A stretch of DNA of 32,000 nucleotides from an uncultured Cocleimonas sp. (GTDB taxonomy: Bacteria; Pseudomonadota; Gammaproteobacteria; Thiotrichales; Thiotrichaceae): positions 10,903-42,902 of the forward strand of contig NZ_CANLZW010000018.1 in NCBI RefSeq assembly GCF_947495625.1. The letters run 5' to 3'. The notes under the pieces are model-generated. The model saw only the letters and a program-made list of their open reading frames with translations, did not search any database and was not told the origin of the DNA. A program made the position numbers and the translations under genes. This document shows, piece by piece, positions 1-12,016 of the stretch. Within the stretch, counting starts at the first letter, position 1, and every line of letters starts with the position of its first letter.

Positions 1-152
1 GATTAAATATTCTTTCTCAATATACTTTTTTTAATCTCAGGTGATCAATTACTTGATATAAATCATACCCCACTACTTCTATTGGAACTTATAGTGATGT
101 TATGCATCCAATAACCGAAGAACTTAACTAAAAAATATATAAGGGGTAAAAC

Positions 153-647
153 ATGTATAACAAATCATCAATTAAATCAGTAATCACTACTTCTGTGTTT
201 ATTGCTATCTTTTCATCAGTGTTCGTTTTAAGTGGTTGTTCCAATACCAGTAAAGAGTCTCAAGGCGCTATTGCAGGTTCAGTACTAGGTGGCGTTGTTG
301 GTCACCAGTTTGGCAAGGGCAGTGGAAAAACGGCAATGACTGTCATTGGCGCTGTAGTTGGTGGCATGGTTGGTGGCAATATAGGTCGCGGATTAGATCA
401 GGAAGATCAGCGTAGAATCAGCCAATCTCTCGAGACTACTCCTGATAATCAAAGAGTAGCGTGGGATAACCCTAACACCAAAACCAATTACGAATTTACA
501 CCCATCAATAAATACGAAGGCAATGTAAATGGTCAGCAGACTCAATGTCGTGACTATGTAATGGATGCGTGGATAGATGGGCGCAAGCAACAGGTTCATG
601 GTCGAGCCTGTAAAAACAGTAATGGTCAATGGATTAATGCACAGTAA
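153..647 (+). CDS. Glycine-zipper outer-membrane lipoprotein (17-kDa surface antigen family)
   Basis: Hydrophobic signal segment ends in the lipobox 'LSGCS'. Long Gly-zipper 'GAIAGSVLGGVVGHQFGKGSGKTAMTVIGAVVGGMVGGNIGRG'. A strong terminator follows. Confidence 0.8.
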   Translation: MYNKSSIKSVITTSVFIAIFSSVFVLSGCSNTSKESQGAIAGSVLGGVVGHQFGKGSGKTAMTVIGAVVGGMVGGNIGRGLDQEDQRRISQSLETTPDNQRVAWDNPNTKTNYEFTPINKYEGNVNGQQTQCRDYVMDAWIDGRKQQVHGRACKNSNGQWINAQ

Positions 648-668
648 TTTCATTGCTATTAATCTTTT

Positions 669-698
669 AAAAAAGGAGCTTATTTAGCTCCTTTTTTT
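669..698. terminator. Bidirectional rho-independent terminator between convergent genes
   Basis: AAAAAAGGAGC (669-679) pairs perfectly with GCTCCTTTTTT (688-698). The core stem is GGAGCT/AGCTCC with loop TATTT. The A-run and T-run flanks let it work on both strands. Confidence 0.8.
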
Positions 699-757
699 AT
701 GTCTATAAAAACCAATTATTCAGTTATGTATGAATTTTCATTAAGCTATCAAGATAA

Positions 758-1513
758 CTAAAGTTTACGAATGTAATCAGTTCCGCCAAGTTGCTTCATT
801 TGTTTCAAAATCCACTTTTGACGTTTGACCAATGCAGGACTAGGATCATTCACATTGGATATCGCAGGTTTAGGCAAAACTGCAGCGAGCATTGCAGATT
901 CTTCCATCGATAAATCCTGCACCTTTTTATCAAACAATAAATGACTCGCTTCCTTCACTCCAAAAATAGCATCACCAAATTGAGCGATGTTCAAATAAAC
1001 TTCGAGAATACGTTTCTTAGGCCAGGCGATTTCCAGTGATACACCCAAACCAGCCTCAATTAGCTTTCTAATATAGCTGCGCTGATTCCATAAAAATAAA
1101 TTTTTCGCTGTTTGCTGTGTGATAGTACTAGCGCCGCGCGGTGCAGATTTCCCTCTACTATTCTGGGCTAGCGCTTTTTTCAACTCAATCGTATCAATCC
1201 CCCAATGATTGGGGAAACGTTGATCTTCTGCAGCGACAACAGCCAATGCAAGGTGCGGAGGTATTTTCTCCCAATCCACCCATTGATAGGCGGCTTTTTC
1301 GTAGATTTCAGGAGCGTTAGCGGCGAGTGAATTCTGTTTATAAATAAAAGAGGATGTCGGTAACGGCACCCAGCGAAAAACCAACAGTACCGCAAATAAG
1401 AGCAGGACCGAAAGCAATGTAGCTTGTGCAAAGAGCCTCAAGACTCGAGAGAAGATACCTCGTTTCTTTAGTTTCTTTTTACTTTCCGATTCGTTGCTAT
1501 GATACTCTTTCAA
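758..1513 (-). CDS. mtgA: Monofunctional biosynthetic peptidoglycan transglycosylase
   Basis: N-terminal membrane anchor plus GT51 motifs 'AVVAAEDQRF' and 'GASTITQQTAKNLFL'. The ~250 aa size with no transpeptidase domain fits MtgA. Confidence 0.9.
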   Translation of the reverse strand: MKEYHSNESESKKKLKKRGIFSRVLRLFAQATLLSVLLLFAVLLVFRWVPLPTSSFIYKQNSLAANAPEIYEKAAYQWVDWEKIPPHLALAVVAAEDQRFPNHWGIDTIELKKALAQNSRGKSAPRGASTITQQTAKNLFLWNQRSYIRKLIEAGLGVSLEIAWPKKRILEVYLNIAQFGDAIFGVKEASHLLFDKKVQDLSMEESAMLAAVLPKPAISNVNDPSPALVKRQKWILKQMKQLGGTDYIRKL

Positions 1514-1577
1514 TTTTGAAAATAGTCCTTATATTTCATACTCTAACAATGTAGATAATAGCTTTTAAATTAAATAA

Positions 1578-2738
1578 ATGCAGATAAACATTCACTCAGA
1601 AATATCGCAAATACCTGGCGATTCATGGAATAAATTGGTTAAAGACAATAACCCATTTGTACGTCATGAATTTCTCTCTGCATTAGAAACTCACGGCTGT
1701 GCAAGTCAGGAGTTCGGTTGGCATCCCTGTCACATAGCCATCTATGAAGAAGATCAACTAGTTGCTGCAATGCCGCTTTATACAAAAACTAACACTTATG
1801 GAGAGTTTGTTTTCGACCACGCTTGGTCAGATGCCTATCATAGAAATAACATTCCCTATTTTCCTAAATTAGTTTCATCAATTCCATATACGCCCGCTAG
1901 TGGTCAACGACTTTTATGCGAATCAGGAAGATCTGACGAGCTTTACCCATTATTGATAGAGACCATTAAGCAATTTGCTGGTGAACAAAACTACAGTAGT
2001 TTTCATTGTTTATTTGCAAATAGTGATGAACAGGACTGGCTGGAAGATTACGGGCTGCTCGCACGTCATGATTGTCAGTTTCATTGGCACAATCAAGACT
2101 ACTCTACTTTTGATGACTTTTTGGCAAAGCTGACACCCAAGAAACGTAAAAATATCCGACAAGAACGCCGAAGAGTAGAACAACAGGCTGTTAACCTACG
2201 CATATTAAATGGTCACACTGCGACAGATGAAGACTGGAAAAACTTCTCTAAATTTTACGAGCAAACCTTCGCTGAAAAATATGGAACCGCTACCCTAAAC
2301 GAAGGCTTCTTTAAAGAAGTTGCACATGCCCTGCCAGATCAAGTCATTCTAGTACTAGCTGATGATCTATCTAAACAGCCTGAAGGTAGCGATACCGGAC
2401 AGGAAGAATGCATTGCAGGCTCTCTAATGTTCGCAAGCGATACTATTCTCTATGGTAGACATTGGGGCTGTATTGAACAAATAGACAAACTCCATTTTGA
2501 AGCCTGTTACTATCAAGGTATCGAATATTGTATTGAACATAAATTACAGACATTTGAGCCCGGAGCACAAGGCGAACATAAAATTGCGCGAGGCTTTATA
2601 CCTACGCTGACCCGATCTAGCCATTGGCTAAATAATTCACCTTTTCAAGAATCTATTGAAAACTATGTTAAACATGAGCAAGCAGGCGTGAAGGCTTATA
2701 TGGATTCACTCAAATCTCCTTATCAAGAAGAAAAGTAA
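1578..2738 (+). CDS. FemAB-like / GNAT-fold protein (DUF482 family)
   Basis: 386 aa. The C-terminal 'FEPGAQGEHKIARGF' block and overall size match my memory of the DUF482 (peptidoglycan biosynthesis/recognition-like) family. Confidence 0.7.
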   Translation: MQINIHSEISQIPGDSWNKLVKDNNPFVRHEFLSALETHGCASQEFGWHPCHIAIYEEDQLVAAMPLYTKTNTYGEFVFDHAWSDAYHRNNIPYFPKLVSSIPYTPASGQRLLCESGRSDELYPLLIETIKQFAGEQNYSSFHCLFANSDEQDWLEDYGLLARHDCQFHWHNQDYSTFDDFLAKLTPKKRKNIRQERRRVEQQAVNLRILNGHTATDEDWKNFSKFYEQTFAEKYGTATLNEGFFKEVAHALPDQVILVLADDLSKQPEGSDTGQEECIAGSLMFASDTILYGRHWGCIEQIDKLHFEACYYQGIEYCIEHKLQTFEPGAQGEHKIARGFIPTLTRSSHWLNNSPFQESIENYVKHEQAGVKAYMDSLKSPYQEEK

Positions 2739-2753
2739 CTTAACTGAACTACT

Positions 2754-3362
2754 ATGATGAATATCCAGAAGCCATTTTCAGAATCCTGCGTGCAAAATCA
2801 GCAAGCCATACTCGATGTCTTATTACCCTTATTAAAAGACAAAAAACACGTTCTTGAGATAGGAAGTGGTACAGGGCAACACGCTGTTTTCTTTGCTAAA
2901 CATATGCCGCATTTGATCTGGCAAACCAGTGATCAAAGTATGTATCACAATGGTATAAAACTCTGGTTAGATGATGCTGATTTAGAAAATACTCGATCAC
3001 CGTTAGCAATTAATGTCTCTACAGATCAATGGCCTAAAGAAACTTTCGATACTATTTTCTCAGCAAATGCGGTACATATTATGTCGTGGGATAATGTAGT
3101 TGATTACTTCAAAAATGCTTGCCCTCTTCTGGAAGCTGAAGGCTATTTTATCTTATATGGCCCATTTAATTATAACGGTGAATATACCAGCGAAAGTAAT
3201 GCAAACTTTGATCTATGGCTGAAGAACAATGACCCTAAAAGTTGCATCAAGGACTTTGAGAAACTCAATGACCTCGCAGAGCAAGGTGATATGAAGTTTG
3301 TAGATGATATCGCCATGCCAGCAAATAATCGTATTTTGATTTGGCAAAAAGCGGGCAAATAA
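2754..3362 (+). CDS. Class I SAM-dependent methyltransferase (DUF938 family)
   Basis: 202 aa. SAM motif I 'VLEIGSGTGQH'. The N-terminal 'KPFSESCVQNQQAIL' is typical of DUF938. Confidence 0.75.
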   Translation: MMNIQKPFSESCVQNQQAILDVLLPLLKDKKHVLEIGSGTGQHAVFFAKHMPHLIWQTSDQSMYHNGIKLWLDDADLENTRSPLAINVSTDQWPKETFDTIFSANAVHIMSWDNVVDYFKNACPLLEAEGYFILYGPFNYNGEYTSESNANFDLWLKNNDPKSCIKDFEKLNDLAEQGDMKFVDDIAMPANNRILIWQKAGK

Positions 3363-3385
3363 TCCAATGATTAAATATTAATACT

Positions 3386-4285
3386 ATGAAAGATCACCCC
3401 CCTACTTTTAGCACAAAATTAGTTCGTGACCTTACATGGGTGATTGCTAGCCCACCAATACAATCGGGACATATCGGTAATACCTACTGGTGGGACGACG
3501 ATAAATGCCAAAACGAATACAAGGACTGCCTCGCAACCTTAATTGAACTAGACAAAGATCCATCACCCTTAGAACAGCATTTACATCAAGTAAAGAGCAA
3601 ACGCTTAGGGCATAGATTCGAAGCCTTAGTTTCGTATTGGCTAAGCATCAGCCCCAACTACGAACTGATTCAACAAAACATCCAGATTATTGAAGAAGGA
3701 GTCACCTATGGTGAGATTGACTTCATAATTAAGGAAGTATCGACAGGCAAAAATATCCACCTAGAAGTCTGTGTTAAATTTTACTTAGGAACAAAACCTT
3801 ATGAAGATCCGTATCGCTGGTTTGGTACAAACACAACCGATCAACTAGGCAAAAAACTAGACCATTTATTAAGTCATCAATCTCAATTGAGTAAAAAACA
3901 CGAACAATATTTCTCTCACAAAGTTGACGAACAAATAGACGAAAGACATTGTTTTATTAAAGGCAGATTGTTCTACCCTGAAGGAAGTAGCGATACTGCT
4001 GAAGGAATTACGGAGAATCATCTCAGAGGCTTATGGAGTTATTCTAATATCACCGACATAACCGAAGGGAAATATTTAGCGTTGAATAAAACGCTTTGGT
4101 TATCCGAACTCAATCATAAAGATATCATTGATCTGCAGAACAATCCTGTGAAAATTTTTGAAGATAGAGCGCAATGCTATGTTGAAATTAATCGAGATGA
4201 GCAAAATAACTACCAAGAAATTAATCGAGTATTCTTTCTACCCGATGAATTTACATTTCCTTCAGACAATAAAAACCCCCTATAA
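3386..4285 (+). CDS. DUF1853 family protein with PD-(D/E)xK-like motif
   Basis: 299 aa. 'GHRFEALVSYWL' and 'YGEIDFII...HLEVCVKFYL' give a D...E-x-K arrangement. The stop codon sits in the loop of a terminator hairpin. Confidence 0.7.
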   Translation: MKDHPPTFSTKLVRDLTWVIASPPIQSGHIGNTYWWDDDKCQNEYKDCLATLIELDKDPSPLEQHLHQVKSKRLGHRFEALVSYWLSISPNYELIQQNIQIIEEGVTYGEIDFIIKEVSTGKNIHLEVCVKFYLGTKPYEDPYRWFGTNTTDQLGKKLDHLLSHQSQLSKKHEQYFSHKVDEQIDERHCFIKGRLFYPEGSSDTAEGITENHLRGLWSYSNITDITEGKYLALNKTLWLSELNHKDIIDLQNNPVKIFEDRAQCYVEINRDEQNNYQEINRVFFLPDEFTFPSDNKNPL

Positions 4286-4303
4286 GTAGGGGGGTGTGTT
4301 TTT
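4276..4303 (+). terminator. Rho-independent terminator after the DUF1853 gene
   Basis: CCCCCTA (4276-4282) and TAGGGGG (4287-4293) form the stem, with loop TAAG. GTGTGTTTTT follows. Confidence 0.6.
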
Positions 4304-4368
4304 CTATATTTATCTAGAGATTACAAAAGCTTAGTTAAATAAACTATTATTTATCTAAGGCTGACTTT

Positions 4369-4725
4369 CTAAGATTTAAGCACTCTTAAAATATCTTCTA
4401 ACTCTGTGATTATCTGACGTGATAATTGATTAGCCTTTGCACTATCATCATCTGCTTCAACACCTGATAGCTTTTGACGCGCGCCATTGATTGTATAACC
4501 CTGCTCGTGCAGAAGACTACGAATCTGACGAATTAAAAGCACATCATCACGTTGATAGTAACGACGATTTCCACGACGCTTCATCGGTTTTAGGTTAGGA
4601 AATTCTTGTTCCCAGTAGCGTAAGACATGAGCCTTAACGCCACAAAGATTACTGACTTCCCCTATTGTGAAATACCGTTTACTCGGTATTGCAGGTAGTT
4701 CTTTATTATTGGATGCTTCCAGCAT
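4369..4725 (-). CDS. MerR-family transcriptional regulator
   Basis: N-terminal HTH '[25 protein letters not shown]' is a textbook MerR signature. It lies directly downstream of ihfA, as in pseudomonad-type clusters, and overlaps the ihfA stop by 20 nt. Confidence 0.85.
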   Translation of the reverse strand: MLEASNNKELPAIPSKRYFTIGEVSNLCGVKAHVLRYWEQEFPNLKPMKRRGNRRYYQRDDVLLIRQIRSLLHEQGYTINGARQKLSGVEADDDSAKANQLSRQIITELEDILRVLKS

Positions 4726-5005
4726 ACTTTTCTACTCTTTGCTTTAGTTTTTGACCAGGACGGAAAGTTACAACACGACGAGCGCTGACTGGAATTGCTT
4801 CACCTGATTTCGGGTTTCTTCCAGGACGTTGTGCTTTATCGCGCAACATGAAGTTTCCAAAACCAGATAATTTAATATTTTGCCCTTCTTCCAAAGCAGT
4901 TCTAATTTCTTCAAAAAACATTTCTACGAGTTCTTTAGCTTCTCGTTTGTTTAGCCCTAATTCATCAAACAGATGTTCAACCATGCCTGCTTTCGTCAAT
5001 GTCAT
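4706..5005 (-). CDS. ihfA: Integration host factor subunit alpha
   Basis: '[43 protein letters not shown]' is the HU/IHF DNA-binding arm. I trimmed the start to the ATG at 5005, which has an AAGGAGA SD about 9 nt upstream. The ORF-track start at 5041 is a GTG with no SD. Confidence 0.9.
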   Translation of the reverse strand: MTLTKAGMVEHLFDELGLNKREAKELVEMFFEEIRTALEEGQNIKLSGFGNFMLRDKAQRPGRNPKSGEAIPVSARRVVTFRPGQKLKQRVEKYAGSIQ

Positions 5006-5088
5006 AAGTGCTGCTCTCCTTGTGTAAATAACAACGGCCACATATAGTAAATAGAAAAAAATAAAGTCTGCTATTTTCCTATATATTT

Positions 5089-7476
5089 TTACCTTAATAC
5101 TGCCCCTGTATGATTATTTAGCGCTTCCATGATCTTCTCAACATGGGCACTGATTTCTTGTTCTTCTAGGGTGCGCGAAAAATCCTGAAAAATCAAGCCT
5201 AAAGCGAGACTTTTTTGCCCAGAATCTACATTCTCCCCAGAATAAACATCAAATACAAAGCTATCAACAATCTGCTGAATATTCAAACTATTCAGTACCT
5301 TAGCAATTGTAGAGTACTCAACGTCTTTATTCACCAACAATGCAAGATCTCTACGGACTGAAGGATAAGGTGAAAGCTTGGTATATTCTGGTAGTTTCTT
5401 GTGCGAGATATTATCCATATCCAGTTCAAAAACAAACACTTGCTGATCTAAATCCAGTTTCTTCTCAACCGCAGGATGCAATGCTCCGCAAACGCCAACA
5501 ACCTGATTATCAGAAATAATATTGGTTGATTGTCCAGGGTGCAATGCCGAATGATCAGACTTTACAAACTCGAATGTTTGACCTGTTGCTTCTTCCAATA
5601 ACGCTTCCACATCACCTTTAAGATCAAAGAAATCGACACTTCTAGATTCTGCATTCCACTGCTCTGAATAAACATTACCAGTGATGGCGCCAGCTAATTT
5701 CTTTCTTTGAGTCAAACCTTCAGATGTCTTTAAGAAACTTAGACCTGTTTCAAAGAAACGTACACGTGGCTGTTGACGCTTTACGTTCTTATCAAGCGCC
5801 GGAATTAGTCCTGACCACAAGGTACTGCGCATAATCGACAACTCTTCAGAAATCGGATTTGATAACGCTATTTGCTCTTGATCAGGGCTTAAAAGTGATT
5901 CAACTTCAGGTGGCACAAAACTATATGTGATTGCTTCCTGATAGCCTCTATTAACAAGAATATTACGTAATGTATTCTCATCGACCAGCGTTTCTTCTTT
6001 TCTTGCGATACGTGGTTCCATTGGGCGTAAACGAGCGGGAATATTATCGTAACCATAGATACGGGCAACTTCTTCGACAAAGTCTTCAGGCGTAGCCAAA
6101 TCGAAACGGAAAACTGGCGGAGTGATATTCCAACCATTTTCAGTAGTTTCAACATTACAGCCTAGACGCGTAAGGATATCTTCAACACGCGTATCGTCTA
6201 TCTCGATACCGAGGTGACGCTTGATACGTCTGCGCTCGAAATGTACAGCATCACGCTGTTGCAGATCATCTCTGGTACTGACATCATTGAATGGCCCTAC
6301 TTCGCCACCACAGATCTCTGTAATAAGCTCAGATGCACGTTCAATCGCTTTAACTTGTAAATCTGGAGATACTCCTCTTTCAAAACGATGTGAAGAGTCC
6401 GTATGAAGTCCGTACTTACGAGATTTCCCCATAATTTTCTCAGGAACAAAGTAAGCACTTTCTAAATATATGTTCTGGGTATCATCGGTAACCGAACTAT
6501 CTTCACCACCCATAATTCCAGCTAGAGCGAGCGCTTTTTCTTCATCCGCGATAACCATCGTATCAGCGCTTAATAAAATTTCTTTGCCATCTAGCAGTGT
6601 TAGCTTTTCACCTTCGACCGCATTTCGCACATCAATACCGCCGCTAAGCTTATCGAAATCAAAACCATGCATAGGCTGACCTAGCTCGAGCATCACGTAA
6701 TTAGTGATATCAACTACAGGACCTAAACTGCGAATTCCAGAACGCTGTAATTTTTCAACAATCCAATCAGGAGTCTTAGCTTTGACGTCTAAGTTATTAA
6801 TAATTCTACCAACATATCGTTGACATAAATCATCAGCTGTAATTTTTACCGGGAAAGATTGTTCGTGATCGAGTGAAGCTGCTTTAACTGAAACCTCAGT
6901 TACAGGCGCTTGCATGATTACACCTAACTCACGAGCTACACCTGCTACACACAATAAATCAGCACGGTTTGGCGTTGCATCTAAATCAAGTACAACATCA
7001 TCTAAATCTAGTACTTCTCTTAAGTTTTTACCTAGTTCAGCACTATCAGGAATTGGAAGTAGACCTTCTCCAGCCTCACCCATACCAAGCGTTTCAGAAC
7101 CACAGAACATACCTTGTGATAAAACACCGCGTAATTTTCCCTTTTTTATCTTAAGTGGCTTTTCGTTTGCATCAGCACTAGGAAGAATCGCTCCTATCAT
7201 TGCAACAGGGACTTTTTGCTCAAGCACAACAGTTGCATTAGTAACAATCTGTAATAACTCATCGCTACCAATATTAACCTGACAGACGCGTAAACGATCT
7301 GCATCAGGATGTTGTTCGATACTCTTGATTTGACCCACTCTCACATCAGTGAAAGCAGAAGCAACGGGATCAATACCATCCAATTCTGTGCCTGCCATAA
7401 TGAGTTGATGCGCAACTTCGTCTGTTGTTGCATCGAGTTCAACCCATTCTCTTAACCAGTTTTCACTTACTTTCAT
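5089..7476 (-). CDS. pheT: Phenylalanine--tRNA ligase beta subunit
   Basis: 795 aa. Has the N-terminal tRNA-binding domain, B3/4 and B5 regions and a C-terminal anticodon-binding-like domain. Located downstream of pheS. Confidence 0.97.
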   Translation of the reverse strand: MKVSENWLREWVELDATTDEVAHQLIMAGTELDGIDPVASAFTDVRVGQIKSIEQHPDADRLRVCQVNIGSDELLQIVTNATVVLEQKVPVAMIGAILPSADANEKPLKIKKGKLRGVLSQGMFCGSETLGMGEAGEGLLPIPDSAELGKNLREVLDLDDVVLDLDATPNRADLLCVAGVARELGVIMQAPVTEVSVKAASLDHEQSFPVKITADDLCQRYVGRIINNLDVKAKTPDWIVEKLQRSGIRSLGPVVDITNYVMLELGQPMHGFDFDKLSGGIDVRNAVEGEKLTLLDGKEILLSADTMVIADEEKALALAGIMGGEDSSVTDDTQNIYLESAYFVPEKIMGKSRKYGLHTDSSHRFERGVSPDLQVKAIERASELITEICGGEVGPFNDVSTRDDLQQRDAVHFERRRIKRHLGIEIDDTRVEDILTRLGCNVETTENGWNITPPVFRFDLATPEDFVEEVARIYGYDNIPARLRPMEPRIARKEETLVDENTLRNILVNRGYQEAITYSFVPPEVESLLSPDQEQIALSNPISEELSIMRSTLWSGLIPALDKNVKRQQPRVRFFETGLSFLKTSEGLTQRKKLAGAITGNVYSEQWNAESRSVDFFDLKGDVEALLEEATGQTFEFVKSDHSALHPGQSTNIISDNQVVGVCGALHPAVEKKLDLDQQVFVFELDMDNISHKKLPEYTKLSPYPSVRRDLALLVNKDVEYSTIAKVLNSLNIQQIVDSFVFDVYSGENVDSGQKSLALGLIFQDFSRTLEEQEISAHVEKIMEALNNHTGAVLR

Positions 7477-7503
7477 AGCTTTCTACTTACCTTAATATCA
7501 ACT

Positions 7504-8541
<1,038 letters not shown>

Positions 8542-8605
8542 TTATTGAGTATTTGTTTAGTAATCTACGTTTTCATTAGTAAAAACGAGCAACAAAAATT
8601 TTGCA

Positions 8606-8642
8606 CAAAAAAAGCGAGGGAAGGCAGAAACCTTTCCTCGCT
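8606..8642 (-). terminator. Rho-independent terminator between rplT and pheS
   Basis: Minus strand reads AGCGAGGAAAGG-tttctg-CCTTCCCTCGCT followed by TTTTTTT. This is a 12-bp stem with one mismatch. Confidence 0.75.
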
Positions 8643-8718
8643 TTGATTTACATCTTTTATTCGTCTGTTATAAGAAAAAGCTTATTGCTTATAAATAACA
8701 ATCAGACGGAACAGTAAA

Positions 8719-9075
8719 CTAAGCTAGGGCAGCTTTTGCCTTCTCAGCCAACTGTCCAAAAGCATCGATATCATGTACAGCTAAATCAGCTAACATTTTA
8801 CGATCGACTTCGATCTCTGCTTTCTTAAGACCGTTCATGAATACGCTGTAAGACATATCAAACATACGAGCTGCCGCATTGATACGAACAATCCATAAAC
8901 TACGGAATTGACGTTTCTTTTGACGACGGTCACGGTATGCATATTGACCTGCTTTAGTAACTGCTTGATTCGCTACACGATAAACTCGGCTTCGTGCACC
9001 GTAATAACCTTTAGCTTTCTTTAATACTTTCTTGTGTTTTGCGCGTGCCGTAACACCACGTTTTACTCTTGCCAT
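8719..9075 (-). CDS. rplT: 50S ribosomal protein L20
   Basis: '[35 protein letters not shown]...' is unmistakably L20. Confidence 0.97.
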   Translation of the reverse strand: MARVKRGVTARAKHKKVLKKAKGYYGARSRVYRVANQAVTKAGQYAYRDRRQKKRQFRSLWIVRINAAARMFDMSYSVFMNGLKKAEIEVDRKMLADLAVHDIDAFGQLAEKAKAALA

Positions 9076-9115
9076 TTTCTATATCCTCATTTCTCTATTT
9101 AAAGCGTTACTGATC

Positions 9116-9313
9116 TCAAACGTACGGAAGCATTCTGCGAACCATTGGTGTATCGACTTTCTCGACGACATCACCAGCTCGTAAATGACGCTTACGTTTG
9201 CTGCTTTTTTTAGTAAGGATGTGGCGCAGATGTGACTGCTTACACTTGAACGTGCCATTAGCACGCTTGCGGAAACGCTTTGCAGCGCCGCTGTTGGTTT
9301 TCATCTTAGGCAT
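9116..9313 (-). CDS. rpmI: 50S ribosomal protein L35
   Basis: '[23 protein letters not shown]...' is L35. 65 aa. Confidence 0.97.
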   Translation of the reverse strand: MPKMKTNSGAAKRFRKRANGTFKCKQSHLRHILTKKSSKRKRHLRAGDVVEKVDTPMVRRMLPYV

Positions 9314-9484
9314 CTTAACTCTCCATTATTGGTCATAGTTCTATTTAAATTTTTAACAATCTAAACATTCGAAACGAAACTATGATGAGTGAAAACATTC
9401 CTATAAGAGTGCCTCTCCTTAAGGAATGATATAAATTCTTGGTCTTTATTTAAGTTGCAGTTATAAAACTACAATCCTAAAAGT

Positions 9485-10018
9485 TTAAGCCTGACCTTTT
9501 TCTTTCTTAATTGGACCAATCACCATAATCATCTGACGACCTTCCATTTTTGGAAACTGTTCAACAGATCCATATTCTTCCAGATCTTTCTCTACACGTT
9601 TAAGCATTTCCATACCTAATTCGCGATGGGCCATTTCACGACCTCTAAAGCGGATAGTTACTTTCGTCTTATCCCCTTCCTGAAGAAACTCAATCAACTT
9701 TTTCAACTTGATATTGTAATCGCCAATATCAGTTCCAGGTCTCATTTTAATTTCTTTAACCTGAGTCTTCTTCTGCTTCTTCTTGTTTGCGCCTTTTTGC
9801 TTGCTCTGTGAGAACTTGAACTTACCGTAGTCCATAATGCGACATACAGGTGGTTCAGCCGTTGGTACAATTTCAACCAAATCTAATGAATCTACTGCAG
9901 CTCTTTCCATCGCATCAGTAGTTTTAACGACACCTACGTTTTCGCCGTCCTTATCAATAAGTCTAACTTGTGGTACGTTAATCTCATCATTGACCCGATT
10001 CTTCTTTGGTTTAGCGAT
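9485..10018 (-). CDS. infC: Translation initiation factor IF-3 (non-AUG start)
   Basis: The ORF-track ATG at 9910 truncates the protein. The frame stays open upstream to a TAG at 10033-10031 and encodes '[31 protein letters not shown]', the conserved IF-3 N-terminus. No ATG/GTG/TTG occurs in that stretch. An in-frame ATC at 10018 lies 8 nt after a GAGGA SD. ATA at 10027 is the alternative. Confidence 0.88.
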   Translation of the reverse strand: MAKPKKNRVNDEINVPQVRLIDKDGENVGVVKTTDAMERAAVDSLDLVEIVPTAEPPVCRIMDYGKFKFSQSKQKGANKKKQKKTQVKEIKMRPGTDIGDYNIKLKKLIEFLQEGDKTKVTIRFRGREMAHRELGMEMLKRVEKDLEEYGSVEQFPKMEGRQMIMVIGPIKKEKGQA

Positions 10019-10064
10019 ATTCTTTATCCTCTATAACTTATAAATATACATAAATAGAATAATA

Positions 10065-11981
10065 CTATTCAGGTATTCCGCAACTAGCATTTTCTTTTGT
10101 TATTCGTTCTATTAACTCATCAATAGGTAAACTACCAAGGTCTTCACCAGATAGTGTACGCACTGCAACTGAGTTAGTTTCTACTTCTCGATCACCAACC
10201 ACCAAAAGGTAGGGAGTGCGTTGAAGCGTGTGCTCGCGAATTTTAAAGCCTATCTTCTCATTTCTCAAGTCTGAAACAGCTCTAATTCCGCTTTTTTTCA
10301 AGGTATTTTCAACTTTTCTCACAAAATCAGACTGTTTATCCGTAATATTCAAAATAACGGCTTGAACAGGTGATAACCAAAGTGGAAACTTACCTTCATG
10401 ATGCTCAATCAATATTCCAATAAATCTCTCGAAAGAACCCAATATTGCACGATGCAGCATAACGGGTGGTTTACGCGACCCATCTTCTGACACATATTCT
10501 GCATCAAGACGCACAGGCATAGAAAAATCCACCTGAATTGTTCCTAATTGCCACACACGGCCAATACTGTCTTTCAAAGAAAATTCAATTTTAGGACCAT
10601 AAAAAGCACCTTCTCCTGGTAACTCTTCCCAATCAAGGTTCTGCGCATCCAAGGCATCACCTAATGCTTTCTCTGCCTTATCCCAGTCTTCGTCGCTTCC
10701 TACTCTATTCTCAGGTCGCGTTGATAAGCGATAGATAACATCATCAAAACCGAAGTCACGATAAACATCGTGAAGGAACTCAATAAAATCTGCTACTTCT
10801 GGTTGGATCTGCTCTTCAGTACAGAAAATATGACCATCGTCTTGAACAAAACCACGCACACGCATCAAACCATGCAATGCTCCAGACATCTCATTTCTAT
10901 GACATGCACCGAACTCTGCAATCCTTAAAGGAAGGTCACGATAACTCTTAAGGCCTTGATTAAATATTTGAACATGACACGGACAATTCATCGGCTTTAG
11001 TGCGAACTGACGACCATCAGATTCTAATGAGAACATGTCTTCACTGTACTTAGCAGCGTGACCAGAACGTTCCCATAAAGAAAAGTCTACCAACTCAGGT
11101 GTATTCACCTCTTTGTAACCGCGTAAGCGTTGTTGCTCACGCATATACTGAGAAATCACCTGATAAATTGTCCAGCCTTTATCGTGCCAGAAAATTTGCC
11201 CTGGTGCTTCGTCTTGAATATGGAATAAATCTAGCTTGCGCCCTATTTTTCTATGATCGCGTTTCTCTGCTTCCTCTACACGGTGCAAATAAGCCTTAAG
11301 TGCTTTTTTGTTTTCCCATGCTGTTCCATAAATGCGTTGTAACATCTCATTATTAGAATCACCACGCCAATAAGCACCAGCAAGTTTAGTTAACTTAACC
11401 GCTGGAATTTTACCGGTACTTGGAACATGTGGCCCACGACAAAGGTCGATAAAATCACCTTGCTTATAAAGAGATAGATCTTCATCACTAGGGATGCTTT
11501 CAATGATTTCAGCTTTATACGTTTCACCCATATCACGGAAAAACTTAACCGCATCATCTCGAGACATGACACTACGTTCTACAGGTAAATCTTGCTTGAT
11601 CAAATCCTGCATACGTTTTTCGATAGCATCTACATCTTCTGGCGTGAAAGCACGCTCATATGAAAAGTCATAGAAAAAACCATCTTCAATCACAGGACCA
11701 ATAGTAACCTGTGCTTCAGGGAATAATTGCTTAACAGCCTGAGCCATTAAATGCGCCGAAGAGTGACGTATAACATCCACACCCTCTGGGCTGTTAGTTG
11801 TGATTATACTCAGCGATACATCTTCATCGATGATATGACTAGCATCGTATTGTTTTCCATCTATAGCACCTGCAAGTGTAGCTTTGGCTAAACCCGGACC
11901 GATATCTGCTGCCACATCTAAAATGGATACTGCGTTGTCGAATGAACGCTGACTGCCGTCTGGCAAAGTGATTGTTGGCAT
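10065..11981 (-). CDS. thrS: Threonine--tRNA ligase
   Basis: 638 aa. Contains a TGS domain, editing-domain 'HSSAH', class II core and C-terminal anticodon-binding domain. First gene of the thrS-infC cluster. Confidence 0.97.
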   Translation of the reverse strand: MPTITLPDGSQRSFDNAVSILDVAADIGPGLAKATLAGAIDGKQYDASHIIDEDVSLSIITTNSPEGVDVIRHSSAHLMAQAVKQLFPEAQVTIGPVIEDGFFYDFSYERAFTPEDVDAIEKRMQDLIKQDLPVERSVMSRDDAVKFFRDMGETYKAEIIESIPSDEDLSLYKQGDFIDLCRGPHVPSTGKIPAVKLTKLAGAYWRGDSNNEMLQRIYGTAWENKKALKAYLHRVEEAEKRDHRKIGRKLDLFHIQDEAPGQIFWHDKGWTIYQVISQYMREQQRLRGYKEVNTPELVDFSLWERSGHAAKYSEDMFSLESDGRQFALKPMNCPCHVQIFNQGLKSYRDLPLRIAEFGACHRNEMSGALHGLMRVRGFVQDDGHIFCTEEQIQPEVADFIEFLHDVYRDFGFDDVIYRLSTRPENRVGSDEDWDKAEKALGDALDAQNLDWEELPGEGAFYGPKIEFSLKDSIGRVWQLGTIQVDFSMPVRLDAEYVSEDGSRKPPVMLHRAILGSFERFIGILIEHHEGKFPLWLSPVQAVILNITDKQSDFVRKVENTLKKSGIRAVSDLRNEKIGFKIREHTLQRTPYLLVVGDREVETNSVAVRTLSGEDLGSLPIDELIERITKENASCGIPE

Positions 11982-11995
11982 GTTATTCCCCAGTG

Positions 11996-12016
11996 GTGAC
12001 CCTTACGAGAGGCCAC
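11996..12016 (-). promoter_or_regulatory. Putative thrS translational operator (tRNA-Thr anticodon-arm mimic)
   Basis: Minus strand reads 5'-GTGGCCT CTCGTAA GGGTCAC-3', then CACT GGGGA ATAAC ATG. This is a 7-bp stem including two G-U pairs. The 7-nt loop CUCGUAA equals C32-U33-CGU-A37-A38 of a tRNA-Thr anticodon loop and lies directly 5' of the SD. Confidence 0.5.

Noticed and set aside
5006-5041. Longer IhfA N-terminus from the GTG at 5041
   Set aside because: The IHF-alpha family starts close to 'MTLTKA'. The ATG at 5005 has a strong AAGGAGA SD and the extension has none.
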